Shown here piece by piece: positions 58,401 to 64,000 of a stretch of DNA of 64,000 nt. The DNA comes from an uncultured virus (IMG/VR IMGVR_UViG_3300008120_000157) (taxonomy: Duplodnaviria; Heunggongvirae; Uroviricota; Caudoviricetes; Crassvirales), in IMG/VR virus record IMGVR_UViG_3300008120_000157, one strand, 5' to 3'. The translations under genes were made by a program, and so were the position numbers. The notes under the pieces were generated by a model that saw nothing but the letters and a program-made list of their open reading frames with translations, searched no databases and had not been told where the DNA came from. How positions within the stretch are numbered: the stretch's first letter is position 1; each line of letters starts with the position of its first letter.

Positions 58401-60466
58401 GATTTAGTAGGATTAAATTTAGTCTCTTTTAGGTTTTCTAAAAGTTGTTCTCCAGACATGTCACCTAATTTTTCATAGGCTAACATTTGACTTTCAGAAG
58501 CTTCTGTTAATTTATTTTCAGGGTCGTATTTTTTACGAAGCTCCTGCATCAATTCTGCTTGGAAGTTAGCATTATATTTACTAGTAGTAGATCGATTAGC
58601 TTTTATTCGATCTAAGTACTCCCAAATGATGTCTTGAGTAATAAGCCCTGCTATATCTGTTTCTTCAAACCCAAACATTACCATAGCACGTATTGCGCCA
58701 AAAGTATCTGAGTTAATATTTAGTTTATCAAGAATCTGCTCTTTTTCGTTATCTACTGCAGTAGACTGTAGTGCTCGAATAATTGCTGATTTAAATTTAA
58801 GAGACTCTTTTTCTTCTTTAGTAAGCTCACGTTTTTCTGCTTTAGCTCTATTAATAAGAGCTTGAGATTTAAGAGTATATGGATTAGACATATCTCCTTT
58901 AGAAACAAACTCTCCAAATGTTGCTACAGGCATATTAGCTTCTGCTAACTCTTGTGCAGTAGGAATACGTGGATTCATTGGTGTACCAAATAATTCTACA
59001 TACGCTTCGTCATTAAGATTTTGATAAACTAAATCTTTGCCTTGTGCATTAGCATTAAAAGTAGAATCAAGAGAAAATGATCCTACACCATCTTTACCTG
59101 CTGTTGCATTAATGTATTTAGTACGTTGATAAATATCAGAAAGAATAGTAACAGGTGTAGGGTTTACACCCTTCTCGGAACGTATTTTATTTACTTCTGC
59201 AGCTAGACCTGTAAATTCTCCAGAACCATCAAGTGCAATAATACTAGCAATCACTTCAGGGTTAGTACTAGTCATTACATCTAAATGGATATCTAAGATC
59301 TTATTCTGTTTAGCTGCTACATAAGAACGATTTAAGATCGATAAGCGATCTATTAATGTTTCGATTTGACCAGGCTCTAGAAATTTTTTATCCAAACTTC
59401 TTGTGATAATTTCATTAGCTTGCGACGCCAAAGTAGAATCAATATCATCTTTTTCTTCATTACTGTCTATAGTATTCTTAATGTAATCTCTTAGTATTTT
59501 ATTTTCTTCTTTTGAAAGCTTTAATCTTTCTTGTATATCGTTTAAAGTTTCTTTAGCAATCTTAATTTGCGCTTCTATTTTTTTAGGATCAGATAGAAAG
59601 TTAGTATATAGCTTGCCATTTTGATAAAAATGATTGTACATGTATGTGTACAATTTATCAACGTCAAAGTCGGACCCCATTTGTTTAGTAAAATCTCTAG
59701 GCGCTAAGACTAAATCCCCCATTGCTTCTGGTAAAAATCCTACTATTTCTACAGCAGCCATAGAGTTACGGCTTTGAGTAGGAATACGGAATCCAAATAG
59801 TTGAAGTAGTTTTTCAGGAACTTTAGTAGTGTCTAATAAACCATCTTTTGTTAAAAATTCCTCTATGTTCAAGATTTCTCCACGCTCATTGCGAAACTTA
59901 AATGGAATCATAATTTGAGCAGGTAACATTTTACCTGTTGCAGGATCTACACGCAAAGGTTGTAACCCTTTAGTAGCATCAAATTTATTTGTGAATACGA
60001 TATCAGAATTCTTTAAATCTCCTGCTGCAGCATCACCTTCTTTAATTTTAATCCCTTCTTCAGAGCCGAGTACATAAGAATTACCCGTAAACTTTTGTTT
60101 AACTACTTTATTACTAACGAGTGACGTAAGTAAACTTTCAAATTTATCTGCATAAGGAGATGCCCACAAAGGAATTTTAAAGTTTTGTTTGTCTTCTGTT
60201 AATTCTAAAGCAGACAACATGTTAGGCGCATATCCTTGGCGAGTTTTGATTTCTTGAGCAAGAATCTCAGCAAGTTTAACTGCGGGAATTGTAGTTCTTT
60301 CTATGATTTTTTTGTCAGCAACTTTAACTTTAGAGCTATCTTTTTTAAATCCTGGAAGACTCAGCTTACCGTTAGCAACTAAAGTATCTAAAAGGCCTTC
60401 ATTTAAAAGTGCCTTAAATTCATTTTCAGAGACCCAACGACCCCCTACAAAGTACTGACAAGCCAT
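55472..60466 (-). CDS. Virion RNA polymerase, catalytic (beta'-like DPBB) part, fused to zincin and NADAR domains
   Basis: GFRIPTQ..NS, GSDFDVDKLY (~59650-59680); AHELIH (~56690); ELSNF...TVEGAFQAAK...AKALGR...W....IM..LL...F.QNP...LLATG (~55700-56130). Confidence 0.9.
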   Translation of the reverse strand: MACQYFVGGRWVSENEFKALLNEGLLDTLVANGKLSLPGFKKDSSKVKVADKKIIERTTIPAVKLAEILAQEIKTRQGYAPNMLSALELTEDKQNFKIPLWASPYADKFESLLTSLVSNKVVKQKFTGNSYVLGSEEGIKIKEGDAAAGDLKNSDIVFTNKFDATKGLQPLRVDPATGKMLPAQIMIPFKFRNERGEILNIEEFLTKDGLLDTTKVPEKLLQLFGFRIPTQSRNSMAAVEIVGFLPEAMGDLVLAPRDFTKQMGSDFDVDKLYTYMYNHFYQNGKLYTNFLSDPKKIEAQIKIAKETLNDIQERLKLSKEENKILRDYIKNTIDSNEEKDDIDSTLASQANEIITRSLDKKFLEPGQIETLIDRLSILNRSYVAAKQNKILDIHLDVMTSTNPEVIASIIALDGSGEFTGLAAEVNKIRSEKGVNPTPVTILSDIYQRTKYINATAGKDGVGSFSLDSTFNANAQGKDLVYQNLNDEAYVELFGTPMNPRIPTAQELAEANMPVATFGEFVSKGDMSNPYTLKSQALINRAKAEKRELTKEEKESLKFKSAIIRALQSTAVDNEKEQILDKLNINSDTFGAIRAMVMFGFEETDIAGLITQDIIWEYLDRIKANRSTTSKYNANFQAELMQELRKKYDPENKLTEASESQMLAYEKLGDMSGEQLLENLKETKFNPTKSTDYNIGQLMILNKFLKLDGIGEEIKKIQSAINTASKGIPKSLLETNTKVTQIENLPLSNVFNANSLLGTIENKEFVPTTISGYASKYGTMFANNIYAPYFPYNTDGFQTIFKEVLKHIPSGDKVIASSTKLSDVQTEIFQDIKSYFYSNEGSSLFLGNPDEERARLFIDKEGENKSLATILQELSTQPWYQNNQFLNKLTFNFNSNGDVSRINFESSNAANFDERSIYAGFAYLLSKNVPLGNFNGIDYTTRLLAQDLITAAFLEGGIQGSKQYMRYIPIGYLKTLGFGNYLQGIPFDFERTFGGIVDDLGNPIYSMPSSFTRQYIQNNPNLAKTISLGDLKGKVSTVPESFELDKEALERNFVSVVDPVSGDMTETQTHFLTIRDDNKNNKSKYALYEFDESTRKYNRIPVLQGTYGFTQYNSQNAVVVPVYQPKIKDNKPSVVAPGTTIQGVLVKPTKTFDPNIVNNPVQQTPPNQLGVDTNMSGKRAFDDLVDRLLSDPTVSTTNKLLLEKLHSLIFPEGFKFEFVKEAGVRGRYEYATKTLFINLNHQNHKTVNDLANTVAHELIHTFTGEAIRDYQAGRMDKLTAEQVKIIDNLKALQLSYINYLETQGNRNELNEFIEKFNTWAKADPATRTPFTTDKGLSKYYGAIKLTEFVTMALTDQGFQAWLNKVKVEDKSMMDKLKDLLLQLLNSLGIDIKAGTALASAVKETIDLIDSTQRKSLQDDVFFAPAPGIKATLTGFDTTTEPSILSNTTINIYAGTGENAELSNFAVRPFKSVVTIHGTFNTVEGAFQAAKFRYSSMGIGDRLPIVLELMNVTGAKAKALGRTITGLDTKEWDKNSSRIMKELLKESFEQNPDALAKLLATGNATLTHTQDKTKWGKEFPKLLMEVRDELRSIQTPAQPFTNKLDTSKISPAVKKKSLPSGFQEKDTFTPSPDDWEAFNRAFSDEFLATREMDEDMYEKYLLICGK

Positions 60467-60471
60467 AGCAA

Positions 60472-60948
60472 TTATTTATTAAGTAGTTCTTGATCGAACA
60501 ACAACATGTTATCAGTAAGCGCTAAACGAGCAAGTAAATCCATGTACTCACCTACTGCTCCTACTTGATGAGTAGTAAAGTCTTGTAGTAACAATCTTAC
60601 TTTCAGAGAAAGATCCATTTTGCAAGCAGATTCTTCGTATGCCATAAGCAAATCACGCTCCATTTCGTATGCCATCTCTAAAGCACCTTTAACATCTGTG
60701 CAATCACACTTCACAGCATCTAAAGCATCAGTAGAAAGTTCTCCGCCTAAATCGTTGCAGAACTTTTCGATTTTATTATAATGATCTCGTTCTCCTAAAG
60801 ACTCTTCAGTAAATAATTTTTCAGCGCCAAAGTAACCATTAGTCTTCATACGATTTGCTAAATGCAAATACGTATGAGAAGCAGTAAGCTCTAGACGGCC
60901 AAATTTATTGAGTTCTTTTTGTTCAATATCGGTAAGTAGCTTTTCCAT
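60472..60948 (-). CDS. Ferritin-like protein
   Basis: LE..AS..YL.LA, G..G....F.EES..ER.H, AYEMER, Q....EY helix pattern of non-haem ferritins. Confidence 0.85.
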   Translation of the reverse strand: MEKLLTDIEQKELNKFGRLELTASHTYLHLANRMKTNGYFGAEKLFTEESLGERDHYNKIEKFCNDLGGELSTDALDAVKCDCTDVKGALEMAYEMERDLLMAYEESACKMDLSLKVRLLLQDFTTHQVGAVGEYMDLLARLALTDNMLLFDQELLNK

Positions 60949-63900
60949 TAATCACAATTTTTAAACTGGTCATTCTCGTCGAAGAAGTAATTAATCTTAG
61001 AGTCTACTAAGCCTTCAACGATTTTATCAAAGTTTTGATTTATAAAGTTAATTCTTTCTAGGTTATCAGCACCTATTTCATCTTCAAATTCTTGTAAAGC
61101 AGTCTGTTTCTTAATCGGCGATTTGATTTTAGAGATAGCATCCATCTTTTCTGCTATCTTCTCAACCATTTCTGGATCGGCTTCTACTTCATTAAATTGT
61201 TCTAGAACATTGTCTTCAGTAATTTCTTCGTAAAGACCTAAACGTTTAGCAAGTTTTTTCTGATTGTACTCAAATAAATCTTGATAAGCACTGTTATATT
61301 CTTTAACTAGGTCTTTACCTGTTTTGTCTTTAGTTACTTGAACATCTAACAAGTCTACAAATAGTAATGCTCGTTCTTGGGTACCTACGTTGATTTCAGC
61401 TTTTTCTCGTTTATACGGTACATCTTGCTGAATTCTAAAGTTGCTACGATCTAGTACTAAAGTGTTTTCAGGTTTAACTTCAAAGTTATCTACAACATTG
61501 CCGTTGTCATCAAAAGTCTTAATTTCACTAGCAACAGCACCTACTTTATTAGCAGTACCAAAAGATGCTCTAATAAATTTAGGTTGTCCTCCTGCAGTGA
61601 TATCTTTAGATACACTTTCTTCGTACTTTTCTAATCCTTGTCGGATTTTGTCTATTTGTAAGCCTGCAGTAAACTGTGGAATAAGTGGAAAACTCGAAGA
61701 TTTAATGTATACACGGCGGTCTGCATTGTCTTCTACACTTGTCATGTTACCCACATACACAGGTTTCATAGGCTGCATTACTAGTCCTAGTTCTTCATAT
61801 GTAAGTTTTGTGTTGTTATTTATAACACCTGCAGATTGCTGAGTTAGCTTCTTGTTAATAGTATTGTATTGGAAATCAGTAAGACGTCCTAATTGGTTTA
61901 ATACATATAAGTGTTCTTTCCAAGTAGTGTATTCCTGAGCATCTGATCCTTCTATCTCTCCATAACCTTTTTTGCCGTCACTGTAATCTTTGTTAATCTT
62001 TTCAAAAAATTCTTTTTGTACAGAATCTTTAAGGTTATTACTTTTAAGTTTTTTATCTTGTAAGAATACTTGTAAGTATTTATTGTTAGCACTATCTGCC
62101 AACTCTAATCCTGGTGCAATATCTCCAGCAAGACGTTTACCCATATTGATAAAAGTTGCTGATAGATTTTCTAAAGTAGTGTTACCATCTTTAAACTTAG
62201 CATATAATGCAGGGTCTCCAGTAAACAACTTCATCATTTCGCTGTTAGCAATAAGAGAGTTAAATACATAATCTGTAGCAGCAAAACGTACTCTAGCAGC
62301 TTCTCCTACACCTTTAGCAATGTTGGACATGTAAGCAGAGTCTAAGAAAGTATACTTGTCAGTTACACGTCCTTTAGCGTCTTTTATAGTTTGTCCAATT
62401 CCAAGATTGTTCCAGTCTTCTAGCTTTTTATCTACAAGAGTGTTAAGAGTTTCTTGTAAGTAGTCGTATACAGCTTGTTTAACTTCTGGGTTAACTACAG
62501 CATCATTTCCTGAACGAACAAGGTCTCTGTAGTTTTGCATAGTGCCGTTTACTTCTACTATTAGATCGTTTAATGCTGGGAAGAAATAAAAATATTCAGG
62601 TTCGTATCCTGCAATATCTGACTTGCCTTCTAACACTGCGGCACGGATTCTGTTAATCTCTGGCTGTACTGTTGCTTGGTAAAGACTTTCTAAGTTAGCA
62701 TCAGTAACACCTCCTGGCGTCACAACTACTTGTTGGGCTAAAGCATTGACTACTAACATCGTAGTCTTATCCGACATTGTAGGATAGAAATAAGAAACTT
62801 TTCTGTAGGTCTTACCGTCAGCAACTTGTTTGCTTCCGTTAAAGAACATACCTAGTTTTACTAACTCATGTTCGTCGACAGTAAGTTTGTTTAGCTTACG
62901 GTCTTCTTGTGACTTAGTATACTGACGTTTAAGTGCTTCAAGAGATAGATAGTCTATACCTAAAGAACTTCTCATTAAATCTCCTGTTTCTCCATCTTGA
63001 GTAAGCGCTGCCAACCATAAGCTATCTCTTGTAAATGAGATTTTTTTAAGCTTGTCAATTAAGTCTTGATTAATAAACTTTTTATTATCACTGTCGTAAC
63101 TAGTAAGATCGCGCATGCGATTTACTAGATAATTATTGTTACCGTAAGAATAAATAGTCTTAGTACCTGCACGGAAAGAATTACTAAAATTACTAGCAGT
63201 ATTAATTGCTTCTAATTTAGATAATGCTTTGATTGCAGAATCTTTTAACAGTGACTTATCAGCTATTTTATCGGGGTTATTAGCAATAGCTTTAAGTTCT
63301 TCTTTTAGTACTTTTACTAACCCAGAACTAGTATTAAAGAGTGCTTCCCAAGATTTACGGCCAGAATTGTTGTATTTACCAGCACGTAAATCTTTATAAG
63401 TAGCATCAGACAGTACAATACCAAAATTACCTAACCATTTAGCTAATTCTTCATTTGTTACGTCTTTAGGATTTTTTTCCCATTCAGAAGCAATAGTTAC
63501 TATATCATCTACTACTTCCTTATTGTATATATAATCACCTGCTTCGTTAACTAAAATAAGATTATTACCTGGTTTTAAAAGATTGCTACCCCAATAATCT
63601 CTGAGGCGCTCTTCCATAGCACTAGAATTACTTGACCAACGTTGTAGAGAATAATTACCATATTGATCTTTATTCCACATAATAAACTTCATACCGATAT
63701 GATGTTTAGCCATATCTGATACAAACTCATTTTTAATTCTTTCTGGAGAATTTTCTATGTTGTCAATAACAGTTTGTAACCATGGGAATGCTTCAGTATA
63801 TAATCCTAAAGTATCTAACATTATATCTAAGTCGGCAGGTTTATTTGCCAATAACATATGGAGAGTGTCGTAAACTTGATCAAAAGGAATGATTTCTGGG

Positions 63901-64000
63901 AAACCTAATTCATTAGTCATTACGGCACCGTTAGCATCACGTGCTTCAACAAATGCAAAGAACTTACGTAAATCGGCACTTGCTGTAGCTTTTGAGTTAA
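60948..64000 (-). CDS. Virion RNA polymerase, N-terminal (beta-like) part; 5' end lies beyond the window
   Basis: Frame is open from 64000 (..NSKATASADLRKFFAF..); PTMSDK, LFTGDPALY, KRL, DAQEY, QPMKPVY, YIKSSSFPLIP, FRIQQDVP, GTQ motifs. Confidence 0.8.
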   Translation of the reverse strand, partial: NSKATASADLRKFFAFVEARDANGAVMTNELGFPEIIPFDQVYDTLHMLLANKPADLDIMLDTLGLYTEAFPWLQTVIDNIENSPERIKNEFVSDMAKHHIGMKFIMWNKDQYGNYSLQRWSSNSSAMEERLRDYWGSNLLKPGNNLILVNEAGDYIYNKEVVDDIVTIASEWEKNPKDVTNEELAKWLGNFGIVLSDATYKDLRAGKYNNSGRKSWEALFNTSSGLVKVLKEELKAIANNPDKIADKSLLKDSAIKALSKLEAINTASNFSNSFRAGTKTIYSYGNNNYLVNRMRDLTSYDSDNKKFINQDLIDKLKKISFTRDSLWLAALTQDGETGDLMRSSLGIDYLSLEALKRQYTKSQEDRKLNKLTVDEHELVKLGMFFNGSKQVADGKTYRKVSYFYPTMSDKTTMLVVNALAQQVVVTPGGVTDANLESLYQATVQPEINRIRAAVLEGKSDIAGYEPEYFYFFPALNDLIVEVNGTMQNYRDLVRSGNDAVVNPEVKQAVYDYLQETLNTLVDKKLEDWNNLGIGQTIKDAKGRVTDKYTFLDSAYMSNIAKGVGEAARVRFAATDYVFNSLIANSEMMKLFTGDPALYAKFKDGNTTLENLSATFINMGKRLAGDIAPGLELADSANNKYLQVFLQDKKLKSNNLKDSVQKEFFEKINKDYSDGKKGYGEIEGSDAQEYTTWKEHLYVLNQLGRLTDFQYNTINKKLTQQSAGVINNNTKLTYEELGLVMQPMKPVYVGNMTSVEDNADRRVYIKSSSFPLIPQFTAGLQIDKIRQGLEKYEESVSKDITAGGQPKFIRASFGTANKVGAVASEIKTFDDNGNVVDNFEVKPENTLVLDRSNFRIQQDVPYKREKAEINVGTQERALLFVDLLDVQVTKDKTGKDLVKEYNSAYQDLFEYNQKKLAKRLGLYEEITEDNVLEQFNEVEADPEMVEKIAEKMDAISKIKSPIKKQTALQEFEDEIGADNLERINFINQNFDKIVEGLVDSKINYFFDENDQFKNCD

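Noticed and set aside
60300..61250. Split intein joining the two RNAP halves
   Set aside because: No Cys/Ser-initiated N-intein block in part A and no His-Asn-(C/S/T) C-intein end in the part B extension.
664..62271. Many 60-140 aa antisense or nested ORFs in the track (e.g. 664-864, 14530-14778, 19740-20168, 39513-39872, 56130-56453, 61441-61842)
   Set aside because: They are shadows of long, motif-bearing genes and have no recognisable features.
1..64000. Stop-codon reassignment (TAG to Gln or TGA to Trp), as in some crAss-like phages
   Set aside because: Long genes are intact in code 11, and both TAG and TGA end genes at sensible positions.

Overview
About 64 kb of an AT-rich crAss-like (Crassvirales-type) bacteriophage genome, standard code 11, probably infecting an environmental Bacteroidota host (TAnnTTTG -7 promoter boxes, A-rich leaders without Shine-Dalgarno). 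There are three blocks. (1) Minus-strand late and structural genes (<1-27169): tail fibres and spikes, a free-standing GIY-YIG endonuclease, a glycosyltransferase, auxiliary capsid and ring proteins, major capsid protein, portal, large terminase, an IHF-like gene and two RepL-like wHTH genes. (2) A divergent control region, then plus-strand early and replication genes (27564-51305): structured RNAs, membrane micropeptides, a tRNA-like element, thioredoxin, SplB-like radical SAM, PolA, helicases, primase, a broken metallopeptidase-VWA gene beside MoxR, RusA, a PD-(D/E)XK nuclease, a catalytically rewired UNG and NTP pyrophosphatases. (3) Minus-strand giant virion proteins (51458->64000). Most notable: the virion RNA polymerase is split within its core by a ferritin gene, the giant proteins carry matching Cys-containing termini that suggest head-to-tail docking, and the catalytic half is fused to zincin and NADAR domains. 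All family calls come from reading motifs by eye; no searches were run.
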